A stretch of 63,726 bases of DNA, the filler included, from Lama guanicoe (lineage: Eukaryota), in assembly GCA_013239625.1 (NCBI GenBank). It is 202 parts of 202 records of this genome, joined end to end, with 100 filler letters (N's around TTAATTAATTAA, not from the genome) between each part and the next. Parts side by side here need not be neighbours in the genome. Positions count along the whole stretch, not along the records: positions 24,646 to 24,861 come from PNXV01038556.1; positions 24,962 to 25,177 come from PNXV01038557.1; positions 25,278 to 25,493 come from PNXV01038558.1; positions 25,594 to 25,809 come from PNXV01038559.1; positions 25,910 to 26,125 come from PNXV01038560.1; positions 26,226 to 26,441 come from PNXV01038561.1; positions 26,542 to 26,757 come from PNXV01038562.1; positions 26,858 to 27,073 come from PNXV01038563.1; 194 more parts are not named here. The stretch is one strand, 5' to 3'. Position numbers and translations under genes: made by a program. This document shows, piece after piece, positions 24,546-37,806 of the stretch. Below the pieces are notes generated by a model, which saw only the letters and a program-made list of their open reading frames with translations, was not told the origin of the DNA and made no database searches. The first letter of the stretch is position 1; each line of letters opens with the position of its first letter.

Positions 24546-24645
24546 NNNNNNNNNNNNNNNNNNNNNNNNNNNNNNNNNNNNNNNNNNNNTTAATTAATTA
24601 ANNNNNNNNNNNNNNNNNNNNNNNNNNNNNNNNNNNNNNNNNNNN

Positions 24646-24718
24646 TGGCACCCTCTTGGCAGTAATTTTTCCAGTCCACAGGTGATTCTACTCGGTAGTC
24701 AAGTTTGAGGACCCCTGC
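24646..24718 (+). mobile_element. MER5-like 3' end
   Basis: CAGGTGATTCT...CAAGTTTGAGGACCCCTG. Confidence 0.6.
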
Positions 24719-24961
24719 ACCTTCTTATTAAGTGCAATCCTTACTCAGGAGAGGTAACATTAATTAGCTCTCATTTTAGTCTAATGAATTCATTCCACTG
24801 ACATCCAGAAGAGGGAAGGTTGAAGAATAAATTGCATATCCTGCGGTCGTGGTCACTAAAANNNNNNNNNNNNNNNNNNNNNNNNNNNNNNNNNNNNNNN
24901 NNNNNTTAATTAATTAANNNNNNNNNNNNNNNNNNNNNNNNNNNNNNNNNNNNNNNNNNNN

Positions 24962-25177
24962 TTTGGCAGTTTGACGTCTTTTATGGTTCCATATAAATTT
25001 TGGAATTGTTTGTTTTAGTTCTGTGAAAAATGTTATGAGTATTTTAGCAGGGATTGGATCTGTGGATTGCTTTCGGTGGTGCGGCCATTTTGATAGTGTT
25101 GATTCCTCCAATCCAGGAGCACAGAATATTTTTTCCATTTCTTTGTATCATTTTCAATTTCCTTCATCAGTGTTTTA
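24962..25177 (-). mobile_element. L1 ORF2 fragment (RT C-terminal region), frameshifted
   Basis: Translates IPAKILITFFTELKQTIPKFIWNHKR, matching the conserved 'IPIKIP..FF.ELE..I.KFIWN.K.'. Confidence 0.93.
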
Positions 25178-25277
25178 NNNNNNNNNNNNNNNNNNNNNNN
25201 NNNNNNNNNNNNNNNNNNNNNTTAATTAATTAANNNNNNNNNNNNNNNNNNNNNNNNNNNNNNNNNNNNNNNNNNNN

Positions 25278-25493
25278 CTGTATGTGGAATCTAACAACAA
25301 ACAAACAAAAACAAACCCAAGCTCATAGGTAGGGGAGTGGGGTTCAGGAGGTGAGGCAAATGGATGAAGGGTTAAAAGGTTCAAGCTTTCAGTTATAAAA
25401 TAGGTAAGTCATGAGAAAGTAATGTACAATATGGACACTATATTTAATACTGTACTGCATATTTGAAAGTTGCTAAGAGAGTAGATCTTACAA
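25278..25493 (+). mobile_element. L1MA-type 3' UTR fragment
   Basis: TATGTGGAATCTAA...TTTCAGTTATAAAATA..TAAGTC.TG...TACTGTA.TG.ATATTTGAAAGTTGCTAAGAGAGTAGATCTTA. Confidence 0.85.
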
Positions 25494-25909
25494 NNNNNNN
25501 NNNNNNNNNNNNNNNNNNNNNNNNNNNNNNNNNNNNNTTAATTAATTAANNNNNNNNNNNNNNNNNNNNNNNNNNNNNNNNNNNNNNNNNNNNACACCAC
25601 TGAAAATACAGGACCATCTCCACCCATATAAACGACTTAGTATGGGATTGGATGGAGATTTTTATCTTTTTTATTAAATCAATTTATTTATCCTTTTCTT
25701 GGGTCTGCCATCTAGCTGTTTGGTGATGGTTTCTTCCACTGAAAATGTGTGGCATGAAAGGTGGATGCGTTAGTTCCTTCTTGCTGCGTAACCATCGCCA
25801 CAAACTTAGNNNNNNNNNNNNNNNNNNNNNNNNNNNNNNNNNNNNNNNNNNNNTTAATTAATTAANNNNNNNNNNNNNNNNNNNNNNNNNNNNNNNNNNN
25901 NNNNNNNNN

Positions 25910-26125
25910 GCTATGAACATTGGGGTGCATATATCTTTTTGAATTAGAGTTTTCTCCAAATACATGCTCAGGAGTGAGATTGCTGGATCATATAACAATT
26001 CTGTTTTTACTTTTTTAAGGAATCTCCATACGGTTTTCCATAGTGGCTGTACCAATTTACATTTCTACCATCAGTATAGAAGGGTTCCCTTTTCTCCACA
26101 CCCTCTCCAGCATTTGTTGTTTGTG
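25910..26125 (-). mobile_element. L1 ORF2 C-terminal fragment
   Basis: Translates [47 protein letters not shown]. Confidence 0.95.
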
Positions 26126-27827
26126 NNNNNNNNNNNNNNNNNNNNNNNNNNNNNNNNNNNNNNNNNNNNTTAATTAATTAANNNNNNNNNNNNNNNNNNN
26201 NNNNNNNNNNNNNNNNNNNNNNNNNTTTTTTTCTAGGAAGTGAATTTAGAATAAAAGTATTTGCTGTGTATGATATAGAAATTTTTCCTTATTATCTTTT
26301 CTTACTGATAATATGCATCAATTTTTATAATCAGAGAAAACTTATATGTAATTTAAAAAACAAATGAGGAACTTCCATACATAATCATACATAAATGTAC
26401 TTGTATTATTAATATTAAACAAAATTGCAAAGGTTGTAACANNNNNNNNNNNNNNNNNNNNNNNNNNNNNNNNNNNNNNNNNNNNTTAATTAATTAANNN
26501 NNNNNNNNNNNNNNNNNNNNNNNNNNNNNNNNNNNNNNNNNATGCTGGGTTGTAAGAGCATGCTCTCCTACCGTGGTGTGTGTGCCTCTGGTTTCTACTC
26601 TTCTGTGTAAAATCAATAGAGTTGTAGTGTGTTATTTAGCCTCCACGTATCTATGCAACCCAACCATTCATTGCTCCTCGTAAAGGAAATCAATGGCCAC
26701 TGAAGGTAGCTGAAATTTAGGAAAGGAGATTATTCTAAAAAGAGGGTCTAAGCCTGANNNNNNNNNNNNNNNNNNNNNNNNNNNNNNNNNNNNNNNNNNN
26801 NTTAATTAATTAANNNNNNNNNNNNNNNNNNNNNNNNNNNNNNNNNNNNNNNNNNNNCACTGACAAAATTGCCCATTGAGAAACAGGATCACAGGCAGTG
26901 GCTGGGGAGACAGGAGGACAAGCGCAGCCCCACAATGGGGAAGGAGGCACCAAGGTTAGAGAATTCAGGGAAAGCGTCTTTTTGTCATAAGGGAACAAGT
27001 GCAAGTCTGAAGACTGTCACAGTACCTGCACGAGTATGACCAGGGTTCGGGGGAAGAAGCTACTGAGATATCTNNNNNNNNNNNNNNNNNNNNNNNNNNN
27101 NNNNNNNNNNNNNNNNNTTAATTAATTAANNNNNNNNNNNNNNNNNNNNNNNNNNNNNNNNNNNNNNNNNNNNACAAAAATTAAGTTTCCTTAAAGTTGA
27201 ATAGATGCTCAAGTCACTCTCATAAGTATAATTTAAAAGTGCCTTTGTAGATCCCATCCAGTTAATAATAAATCCTTCCAATATGTAAATTGATAAAATG
27301 ATTGCAGGGCTTACAAACTTCATTCACTGAGACCTCATTACTGAGTCGCTTGGCCTTTTTTCTATTTTTCACTCAACTGATTGTCATTTNNNNNNNNNNN
27401 NNNNNNNNNNNNNNNNNNNNNNNNNNNNNNNNNTTAATTAATTAANNNNNNNNNNNNNNNNNNNNNNNNNNNNNNNNNNNNNNNNNNNNTTCTGGAATAG
27501 GAAGGGAACATCAAGAAGTCACAGAATAAGCTTAATTATGTAGAAAAATAGAGGAAAAGCCAAAAGAGAAAGAGTTTGAATTAGTTAGTTGCTGCCGGAG
27601 CGGGGCCGTGGACTGGGAGTCACTGGTTTGGCTCTGAGCTTGGTGGAACTGCTTGACTTTTTCTTATGTCCCTGTTTTTCATAAAACACAGGATTTTAAT
27701 GGTGTNNNNNNNNNNNNNNNNNNNNNNNNNNNNNNNNNNNNNNNNNNNNTTAATTAATTAANNNNNNNNNNNNNNNNNNNNNNNNNNNNNNNNNNNNNNN
27801 NNNNNATGTACAGTGTAAATGTTCTTT

Positions 27828-28021
27828 TACTCATTCATTCAATGAGGAATGCCTCCCATATGTCAGACACTGTGCTAAGTAATCAGGATATAGCAGTGAA
27901 CAAGACGAATAAACTCAAGGACAGCTGACCGGGACAGCAGCAGAGTGGTCAGGGAGGGCCTCTGTAGTAGCAACACTAGAGCTGAGACCTGAAGGCTGGG
28001 AAGGGCCCATCAGTACAAGCT
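27828..28021 (-). mobile_element. L2 3'-terminal fragment
   Basis: CATTCATTCAA...ATGTCAGACACTGTGCTAAG...GATATAGCAGTGAACAAGAC...GGTCAGGGAGGGCCTCT...GAGCTGAGACCTGAAGG. Confidence 0.8.
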
Positions 28022-28753
28022 NNNNNNNNNNNNNNNNNNNNNNNNNNNNNNNNNNNNNNNNNNNNTTAATTAATTAANNNNNNNNNNNNNNNNNNNNNNN
28101 NNNNNNNNNNNNNNNNNNNNNAAAAAAAAAATAGGGTAGTGGGGTTTCTTACCAGTAGCTGTTTTCTGGAAGCACAGGGTACAGGTAAAATCAGCTTTCC
28201 TCTGGCTTAGACCCGGTGAGTTGAGCATCTTGACACAATTCCACAGCAACAATCGTTATTACTAACCCCATGTCATAAGGTAATCGGAGGTGTTAAAGAC
28301 CACAGGTCCAGATGGAGTTGCTCATTGTAAGCCCTATNNNNNNNNNNNNNNNNNNNNNNNNNNNNNNNNNNNNNNNNNNNNTTAATTAATTAANNNNNNN
28401 NNNNNNNNNNNNNNNNNNNNNNNNNNNNNNNNNNNNNGTAGTTGGTTACATGACCTTAAGTAAGTGTTCTACCTTCTAGGCCACAGATCTTGAAAACATG
28501 AATTGAAGTAGTTGAAGTGAGTAATCTCAAATGTTCTTTCACCTCTGAAGTTTTGTAATTTTTGGTTTAAAATAAAGGAAGAGAGTACATAAATAGAAAA
28601 AGATGAGCACTGATTCCAGGCAGATATAGGTTCAAATACTCATTCAGAACACANNNNNNNNNNNNNNNNNNNNNNNNNNNNNNNNNNNNNNNNNNNNTTA
28701 ATTAATTAANNNNNNNNNNNNNNNNNNNNNNNNNNNNNNNNNNNNNNNNNNNN

Positions 28754-28969
28754 GACCAATATCACTGATGAACATAGATGCAAAAATCCTAACCACAATA
28801 TTAGCAAACAGAATCCAACAGCACATAAGAAAGATCATACATCATGATCAAGTGGGATTCATCCCAGGGACACAAGGGTGATTCAACATACACAAATCAA
28901 TCAATGCAATACAACACATCAACAAGAGGAAGGACAAAACCACATGATCATCTCAATAGATGTAAAAAA
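28754..28969 (+). mobile_element. L1 ORF2 Z/RT N-terminal fragment, inactivated
   Basis: Translates [52 protein letters not shown] at 28879-28881 replaces the conserved Trp; a frameshift follows before HMIISID. Confidence 0.96.
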
Positions 28970-29385
28970 NNNNNNNNNNNNNNNNNNNNNNNNNNNNNNN
29001 NNNNNNNNNNNNNTTAATTAATTAANNNNNNNNNNNNNNNNNNNNNNNNNNNNNNNNNNNNNNNNNNNNTAAATCAACCTAATTATCTCCTGCACCAAAC
29101 AAGACAAAAACCCAGCAGTATGTAGAATAAATCTATTCCACGCCGCTCCCGGAAAAGAACGCGCTCTCATGTGCAGTTGAGCTGCGTCTGGGCTGGACTA
29201 AGCTTTAGTGTGATGCCCTTCCCCACTCACCTCAACGATTTGCAGGTGGGATCAGGTCTTTCCTTTAAGCGCTGGGAGGCAGGCTNNNNNNNNNNNNNNN
29301 NNNNNNNNNNNNNNNNNNNNNNNNNNNNNTTAATTAATTAANNNNNNNNNNNNNNNNNNNNNNNNNNNNNNNNNNNNNNNNNNNN

Positions 29386-29475
29386 GGCCGCCAGAATTGT
29401 GAGATGATAAATTTCTGTTGTTCAAAGCCACCAGCTCGTGGTGCTCTGTTACAGCAGTCCCAGGCATCTAATGCA
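29386..29475 (+). mobile_element. MLT1 (MaLR) LTR 3' end
   Basis: CCAGAATTGTGAGA..ATAAATTTCTGTTGTT.AAAGCCACC...TTACAGCAG.CC.AGG...CTAATGCA. Confidence 0.85.
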
Positions 29476-30649
29476 AGGCTCATCACCCTTTGTTTGGAGG
29501 TGCCCGGGCCTGCTGTGAGTGCTGAGCAGCTGTTTGGAATCGCATCTGGATGTGTCTGAAGCAGGTGGCATCTCTCACAGATGCCCGCCCGCACTGGGGG
29601 CNNNNNNNNNNNNNNNNNNNNNNNNNNNNNNNNNNNNNNNNNNNNTTAATTAATTAANNNNNNNNNNNNNNNNNNNNNNNNNNNNNNNNNNNNNNNNNNN
29701 NTGCAGTGCCGCCCACCCCACAAAGATGCCTGGAATAAATGGATGGATGAGTAAGCGTCTGTTTCTTTCCATTTTTTTTCCCCAGAAAACGCAATCTTTT
29801 GAAATAAAGCGGTCTTTAACATTGGTTTACATAACTGATTTTATATTTAAAGAGTAATTAACCCCACTGCTACTGAGCGCCACAGCCGGGGGAGTCCAGG
29901 CAGCCGGGGTCGCAAGTNNNNNNNNNNNNNNNNNNNNNNNNNNNNNNNNNNNNNNNNNNNNTTAATTAATTAANNNNNNNNNNNNNNNNNNNNNNNNNNN
30001 NNNNNNNNNNNNNNNNNCAGGGGCCAGGGGCCAGGGTCTGGACAGCCAGGCTCCAGAAAACTCAAGAAGTGAGGACGTCAGCAAGAGGCTGCTGGTCACC
30101 CTGGGGACCAAGGATCCCTCTTCCACCAAGATCTCTAAGCCACACACTCCAGGGTGACACCCAGGCTGATGTCCAGAAGAGACCTGAGCTCAGCTGGAAT
30201 ACATGTTTGTGTGTGACTCACGTAACATATTGGNNNNNNNNNNNNNNNNNNNNNNNNNNNNNNNNNNNNNNNNNNNNTTAATTAATTAANNNNNNNNNNN
30301 NNNNNNNNNNNNNNNNNNNNNNNNNNNNNNNNNCCACCTCCAACACACACAAGAAGACATGTTCATGTATCCTGAATGTGGGGAAACAACTCCAACAGCC
30401 AGCAGCGCCTGGGATCTAATACAATCCTTTAGCTTGTATTCAGTGTATTTTTCCCTAGGCCAATCTATAAGGAATAGCTGAGGGTTGGGCATGGAATCCA
30501 AGTAGAATCAAATGCCCCCCGATGTACTGTGGATGTACTTAGAGGACTTNNNNNNNNNNNNNNNNNNNNNNNNNNNNNNNNNNNNNNNNNNNNTTAATTA
30601 ATTAANNNNNNNNNNNNNNNNNNNNNNNNNNNNNNNNNNNNNNNNNNNN

Positions 30650-30864
30650 GACAAATGTTGGAGAAGCTGTGGAGAAAAGGGAACCCTCCTACACTGCTAC
30701 TGAGAATGCAGTTTGGTGCAGCCACTGTGGAAAACAGGATTCCTCAAAAAACTAGGAATAGACTTACTGTATGATCCAGGAATCTGGCACCTGGGCTTAT
30801 ATCCAGAAAGAACCCTAATCCAAAAAGACACCTGCACCCCAATGTTCATAGCAGCACTATTTAC
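30650..30864 (+). mobile_element. L1 ORF2 C-terminal fragment
   Basis: Translates VQPLWKT-GFLKKLGIDLLYDPGIWHLGLYPERTLIQKDTCTPMFIAALF, with a small internal deletion. Confidence 0.95.
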
Positions 30865-31289
30865 NNNNNNNNNNNNNNNNNNNNNNNNNNNNNNNNNNNN
30901 NNNNNNNNTTAATTAATTAANNNNNNNNNNNNNNNNNNNNNNNNNNNNNNNNNNNNNNNNNNNNTCCAAAATCAGTGTTATTCCTCTTCATGTTAAGAAT
31001 TCTCAGCTCTTTTAAGTACCTGGAATGCAGTAAGTTCCAGATGGTTATTTGATACCTTCCTTTTATAAGCACAAAATCTGAGTTTCATTCTTATTCATTC
31101 ATAAACAAATATTTATTTTGTGTATTTTGTGTCTACCATGTGTAGGCACTGTGTTTGATCTAGTCTCGTGTTGAAGACAGNNNNNNNNNNNNNNNNNNNN
31201 NNNNNNNNNNNNNNNNNNNNNNNNTTAATTAATTAANNNNNNNNNNNNNNNNNNNNNNNNNNNNNNNNNNNNNNNNNNNNTGGGGTCAC

Positions 31290-31496
31290 TGCATGGACTG
31301 AACACCTGTGTCCCCCCAAAATCCATATGTGAATCCTTAATACCAAGGTGATGGTGCTTGGAGGCGGGGCCCTTGGGAGGTGACCAGGGCACGAGGGGGA
31401 TCTCTCCTGCCTGAGATTATGAAGGGGATCCCTCTTCCCCTTCACCACACACACACCGCACAGTGAGAATAGGGCCTCTGGGAACCGGGACCTGGG
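31290..31496 (+). mobile_element. MLT1A/B-like LTR 5' part
   Basis: ATGGACTGAA...TGTGTCCCCCCAAAAT.CATATGT.GAA.CCT.AA...GTGATGGT..TTGGAGGCGGGGCC.TTGGGAGGTGA. Confidence 0.85.
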
Positions 31497-31596
31497 NNNN
31501 NNNNNNNNNNNNNNNNNNNNNNNNNNNNNNNNNNNNNNNNTTAATTAATTAANNNNNNNNNNNNNNNNNNNNNNNNNNNNNNNNNNNNNNNNNNNN

Positions 31597-32128
31597 GAAT
31601 GCAGAAGGGGTACAATATTCCTTCAGAGTAAAGAAAGCAGAGAGATTTTTTTTAAAGTACCAAGCGTCTGAGTTGGGTGCCCAGAAGAGGAATGCTGGAC
31701 TGTGACTGGGGCCATACAAGAAATGTCACAGTGCAGCCCTCTGACTTGGGAGGGATATCCAGACCAGAGGGGTCCACTAGGGATGGGCCCACAGGTGTGA
31801 AAGGAGAAGCAANNNNNNNNNNNNNNNNNNNNNNNNNNNNNNNNNNNNNNNNNNNNTTAATTAATTAANNNNNNNNNNNNNNNNNNNNNNNNNNNNNNNN
31901 NNNNNNNNNNNNGAATGCAGAAGGGGTACAATATTCCTTCAGAGTAAAGAAAGCAGAGAGACTTTTTTAAAGTACCAAGCATCTGAGTTGGGTGCCCAGA
32001 AGAGGAATGCTGGACTGTGACTGGGGGCCATACGAGAAATGTCACAATGCAGCCCTCTGACTTGGGAGGGATATCCAGCCCAGAGGGGTCCACTAGGGAT
32101 GGGCCCACAGGTGTGAAAGGAGAAGCAA
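31597..32128 (+). repeat. Bubble pair 2 (31597-31812 vs 31913-32128)
   Basis: 49 identical nt at each end; about 5 substitutions and two compensating 1-nt homopolymer indels. Confidence 0.97.
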
Positions 32129-32544
32129 NNNNNNNNNNNNNNNNNNNNNNNNNNNNNNNNNNNNNNNNNNNNTTAATTAATTAANNNNNNNNNNNNNNNN
32201 NNNNNNNNNNNNNNNNNNNNNNNNNNNNCCAGCTCCTGTTTTCCTGCACTGGGTCCTGTTGGACCACAGGTTAGTAACAGGGCTCTACTTCCTGCACTGC
32301 GTGCCAGGTCGGTCCTGCTTCTACCCTCCCTTGTCTCCTAGGAAGAGGGTGTTCTGGCCCCTTTGCAGGTGGTGGGCCTTTGTCCCTCTGCCTTACTTGT
32401 GAATGCAGCCTGGTCCTTTGGTTCTTGGTGGACCGCCCGCCCTCNNNNNNNNNNNNNNNNNNNNNNNNNNNNNNNNNNNNNNNNNNNNTTAATTAATTAA
32501 NNNNNNNNNNNNNNNNNNNNNNNNNNNNNNNNNNNNNNNNNNNN

Positions 32545-32760
32545 GCATCTCTAAAACCATTGATGGGAAAGTAAAAACACAAATGTAGCTTTTTAAACCA
32601 GTTTTTCTTAACTAAGTTCTTAGATTAACCATTAGGTATATTTTTCTACCTTTAAACTTGATTTTAATAGGTACCAATAAAACGGCTGTTTATAATGAGA
32701 GCTCTTTCAAATTTCACCAATTTAAAAGTTTTTCCAAATTAAGGGATCCATCATATGGCC
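32545..32760. mobile_element. Possible ERV1 (MER4-group-like) internal non-coding fragment
   Basis: Recalled resemblance of GGTACCAATAAAA...GAGAGCTCT...GGGATCCATC...TGGCC only. Confidence 0.35.
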
Positions 32761-34440
32761 NNNNNNNNNNNNNNNNNNNNNNNNNNNNNNNNNNNNNNNN
32801 NNNNTTAATTAATTAANNNNNNNNNNNNNNNNNNNNNNNNNNNNNNNNNNNNNNNNNNNNCACAGGGGAAGGGGGAACAGCATAGCTGCTCTGCTCGGTG
32901 ATGGCCAGTTAGATGCTCGTCCCTAAGCCTCTAACCAGCAGGCTGGGGGTCCCACGGGCAACCAACAGGTGTATAAAATAGAGACTGATGGGGAGGGCTC
33001 CCTCAACACGGATTCGCCTCACTCCCTGAGCAGTTAAATTTCCTCTCGCTCTCCAGGGGAGGGGATCTCCCCCAGGNNNNNNNNNNNNNNNNNNNNNNNN
33101 NNNNNNNNNNNNNNNNNNNNTTAATTAATTAANNNNNNNNNNNNNNNNNNNNNNNNNNNNNNNNNNNNNNNNNNNNTCCCATGTGGATTTGATGCTTGAT
33201 GTGATGGACTCTGTGTGTGTAATCAGTTTATGATGCACAGTTTTTTTTTTAAATTTAAATCTATGCATTTTCTTCTATAAAAAGAGGGAACGAAACAACT
33301 TCTGTTTTGTTTGGAAGTACTTCAGTCCTGGGGTAGTGTGACGTGTCATCACTGTCAATTTAAGAGGGCAGTTGAATGTGCTCAGTAAACTCNNNNNNNN
33401 NNNNNNNNNNNNNNNNNNNNNNNNNNNNNNNNNNNNTTAATTAATTAANNNNNNNNNNNNNNNNNNNNNNNNNNNNNNNNNNNNNNNNNNNNTACAAGAA
33501 GTTGACATCAGAGTTCCTGAAGTTACCTGCTTGTCAAAATTAATGTGCTAGAGTGAGAAACCCAGAACAATAATACTAACTCGTTAAGTACAGAGTGAAA
33601 GACGTTCATTGCTAGCCTGTGGGATTTCCTGTCAACTTAGGCAACTGGATCCATTTAAATCACTTCAGAAGTAAATTTGTCTCTCCTTAGGTCTAGACTG
33701 CTTACATANNNNNNNNNNNNNNNNNNNNNNNNNNNNNNNNNNNNNNNNNNNNTTAATTAATTAANNNNNNNNNNNNNNNNNNNNNNNNNNNNNNNNNNNN
33801 NNNNNNNNTAATCTGTAGAAGTAGAATGGCATTATTTATTCTTCTCCTATGATTCTTTCTGGGACTTGAGGAAAAACCAAAAAGCATGACAAGTAAATGC
33901 CTGGAAACATTCAGATTTAACGTGACCAGATTAAAAGGAAAACACTTCACAAATGAGGTCATGGATTTCCCACGATGGGTAGGAGTTACAAGGTAGAGGT
34001 ATATGGTCATTGCCTCCTTTTCGCNNNNNNNNNNNNNNNNNNNNNNNNNNNNNNNNNNNNNNNNNNNNTTAATTAATTAANNNNNNNNNNNNNNNNNNNN
34101 NNNNNNNNNNNNNNNNNNNNNNNNAACCCAACTGTTTAGCATCCTGGGGATTCTACAAAATCTGCGCCAGGGGGTCTAGGTTCAGGAGGAAGGTTAGAGG
34201 AGTCTATGCCCAGAGGGGAAGTGTCAGGGGTGTCTAGGTGTAGATGGGGAAGGTCGGGGGTTTAAGTGCTGGAGAGAGGTGTGTATCCTGACCTTTCTCT
34301 TCACTGACCACCACTCACACCTGGTCTGTATCCTGTGATTNNNNNNNNNNNNNNNNNNNNNNNNNNNNNNNNNNNNNNNNNNNNTTAATTAATTAANNNN
34401 NNNNNNNNNNNNNNNNNNNNNNNNNNNNNNNNNNNNNNNN

Positions 34441-34656
34441 GACATATCTCGGGCACTCACTTAATATGGACCAGACCCTGTTCTAAGCACTTTTCGTGTG
34501 GTATCACTTGGGATCAGCACGGTAGCACGAAGGATCGGGCTATATCATTATACCCATTTTATAGACAGGAAATCGGAAGCCTCAGGAGGTGACTTTGTCC
34601 AAGGCCACCCAGTCCATAAGCAGCAGAACCAGGATTCGCATGTAAGCAGGACTCCA
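34441..34656 (-). mobile_element. MIR SINE, large fragment
   Basis: CTGTTCTAAGCACTTT...CCCATTTTATAGACAGGAAA..GAAGC...GTGACTT.GTCCAAGGCCAC.CAG...GCAGAACCAGGATTCG. Confidence 0.85.
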
Positions 34657-34756
34657 NNNNNNNNNNNNNNNNNNNNNNNNNNNNNNNNNNNNNNNNNNNN
34701 TTAATTAATTAANNNNNNNNNNNNNNNNNNNNNNNNNNNNNNNNNNNNNNNNNNNN

Positions 34757-35288
34757 ACCATATCAAAGCCTGTCAACCTGCCTGGACAGCAGGGCTGGAT
34801 GTTAACACTCACCTTCAAAAGTGCCATTTTATTTCCTGCTGTCTTTAAACCAAATAAATTACTTCATCCTTCACTGGCTACTTCCTTATCTTTACTGCCT
34901 TTTCTTCAGTCCTTACCACACATCCAAGGGATGCCTTTTTCATTTCTTTAGTTCACTTACAAGACCCACATTNNNNNNNNNNNNNNNNNNNNNNNNNNNN
35001 NNNNNNNNNNNNNNNNTTAATTAATTAANNNNNNNNNNNNNNNNNNNNNNNNNNNNNNNNNNNNNNNNNNNNACCATATCAAAGCCTGTCAACCTGCCTG
35101 GACAGCAGGGCTGGATGTTAATACTCACCTTCAAAAGTGCCATTTTATTTCCTGCTGTCTTTAAACCAAGTAAATTACTTCATCCTTCACTGGCTACTTC
35201 CTTATCTTTACTGCCTATTCTTCAGTCCTTACCCCACAGCCAAGGGATGCCTTTTTCATTTCTTTAGTTCACTTACAAGACCCACATT
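34757..35288 (+). repeat. Bubble pair 3 (34757-34972 vs 35073-35288)
   Basis: 49 identical nt at each end; 5 substitutions. Confidence 0.97.
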
Positions 35289-37713
35289 NNNNNNNNNNNN
35301 NNNNNNNNNNNNNNNNNNNNNNNNNNNNNNNNTTAATTAATTAANNNNNNNNNNNNNNNNNNNNNNNNNNNNNNNNNNNNNNNNNNNNCCACTGCCCAAT
35401 GCACATGCCCCGGGGAGTGAGAGCCTGTGGACGGGACACTGCGTGGCTTGCCTGCAGGCGGCCCTGCACATGTTTACAAAGCCCAAGAGGTGGACAGATC
35501 TCTTGGGGATTGGTCTGGGACTTCCTCGCTGTTTAAACACCAGTTCTTAGTAAATGACTGCCAGCTGTTTTGGAATCCAACCCATCCAAAGTCTGATCTG
35601 CCTGNNNNNNNNNNNNNNNNNNNNNNNNNNNNNNNNNNNNNNNNNNNNTTAATTAATTAANNNNNNNNNNNNNNNNNNNNNNNNNNNNNNNNNNNNNNNN
35701 NNNNGAGTGAAATGTTATCAGAACTGGGCTTTAACAAGACGTCTATCTGTACGTATCCAAGTTTTAGCATAAGCTTTGGATCTGTGGCTCTGGTATGAAT
35801 CTCTTCCCCTCACCTTAACGGGGCAGCCACAGGGCTCTCCTGCTTCTTCTCTTCCCTGGCATTCATCTACACACAAGATTCTCCACTTTTGCCAGTTCCC
35901 ACCTACCTCCCCACCCCTGTNNNNNNNNNNNNNNNNNNNNNNNNNNNNNNNNNNNNNNNNNNNNTTAATTAATTAANNNNNNNNNNNNNNNNNNNNNNNN
36001 NNNNNNNNNNNNNNNNNNNNCTGTTTGGTTTACAGGAGTTGATGTACGCAAAGCTCCTATTTAGCACTTCAAAAATGTTCCTTATTCTTTCTGTCCTCTT
36101 GCGTGCCATTCAGCGGTCTCACATGTTGCCTGACTGTGTGCGGGGTGGTGATTTGGGAGACAAATTAGGTCGGGGCCCTGGGGACTCGAATGGTTTTCAT
36201 TTTCAGTCCCAGGAGGGCAAAGATATCACACACACGNNNNNNNNNNNNNNNNNNNNNNNNNNNNNNNNNNNNNNNNNNNNTTAATTAATTAANNNNNNNN
36301 NNNNNNNNNNNNNNNNNNNNNNNNNNNNNNNNNNNNTGTCAGTGTCACATGTATATTTCTGTCTTGCATTCCATGTGTATGAATATTGACAATTTAAGTT
36401 TTCATATTGTTATTGCTATAACTTGTGCTTATCTGGTGCCTGTATGGATGTTTGAAGTATTCTGAATTATTTACCACTAAAATGCACTTCATAATCTCAC
36501 CTTTTGGGGGGAAATGTCTCATTGTGATATGTTTCTTAGGTAGATTCATAGGNNNNNNNNNNNNNNNNNNNNNNNNNNNNNNNNNNNNNNNNNNNNTTAA
36601 TTAATTAANNNNNNNNNNNNNNNNNNNNNNNNNNNNNNNNNNNNNNNNNNNNTAGATTATTAACAACAAATTACAAATCAAGTTTTAGCTTTATCCCTTC
36701 TGATTCAAGTCCTCCAGCATTACTTACTGGTCTGATCTGTGCCCAAGACTGTGTGTACCTAAATATTGGGGCATGCCTTTGAAAGTATATATGTCTTTGG
36801 AGTAATTTCCTGGCTTAGAAATTGTGTCACAGTATGTATATTTAAAATTGATGTCCCCAACTTGCCCCNNNNNNNNNNNNNNNNNNNNNNNNNNNNNNNN
36901 NNNNNNNNNNNNTTAATTAATTAANNNNNNNNNNNNNNNNNNNNNNNNNNNNNNNNNNNNNNNNNNNNGAAGAGCAAGGTGGGAGAGCATTACGGCTAAG
37001 GGTGCGGCATATCCTTCCGCGTTCCAGGCTCTTCCAGTTTTAGGTGAGACAATGAAAGTGTCTCATAATAAAAACTCACTGCAAGATCTACTCTCGTTAT
37101 TGATGATTTTGTTCATGACGGTGACTTATCGAGGCAGATAATTTTAAATGTCTGATTATAGTAGAGATGGAATACAGGTGCAATNNNNNNNNNNNNNNNN
37201 NNNNNNNNNNNNNNNNNNNNNNNNNNNNTTAATTAATTAANNNNNNNNNNNNNNNNNNNNNNNNNNNNNNNNNNNNNNNNNNNNCCTTATTTAAACCTAC
37301 ATGAAGCCCATCCTCTTAGGTTTTACCTAAAGTTTACCTAAAGAGAGAATTTCCTAGGAACCGTGAGTAAGTTGACCAAATATTTTCTTTTTAGCATAGA
37401 CCACCCCCTGTAGACGTCATCAAAGCAAAAATGATTTCCAACAGCAATACCAGCATTAAAAACTCTGGCATAGAAATTAATAGAAAAATGTATAAAAATC
37501 NNNNNNNNNNNNNNNNNNNNNNNNNNNNNNNNNNNNNNNNNNNNTTAATTAATTAANNNNNNNNNNNNNNNNNNNNNNNNNNNNNNNNNNNNNNNNNNNN
37601 ATCCATAGGTAGGTCTTTTGAGGGTTACCTTGAACCACATCAGTAAAATTGTACCCAAGTGTGGGCAGCGTATTTAGATGGGCATAATATTCTTGAGTTC
37701 AGTGGTCCTCAGT

Positions 37714-37806
37714 ACAGCCAGCTACACGATTTGTGGAGCCCAGCATAAGATGAAAACGTGTGACCCCTTGTTCAAAAGCAGGAAAAAGCGCTGTTAAAGG
37801 TACTAA
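37714..37806 (-). mobile_element. MER45-family hAT-Tip100 terminal fragment
   Basis: GCTACA..ATTTG.GG.GCCCAG...AA.ATGAAAA.GTG...CCCCTTGTTCAAAA, the reverse of the recalled MER45 3' end. Confidence 0.7.
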
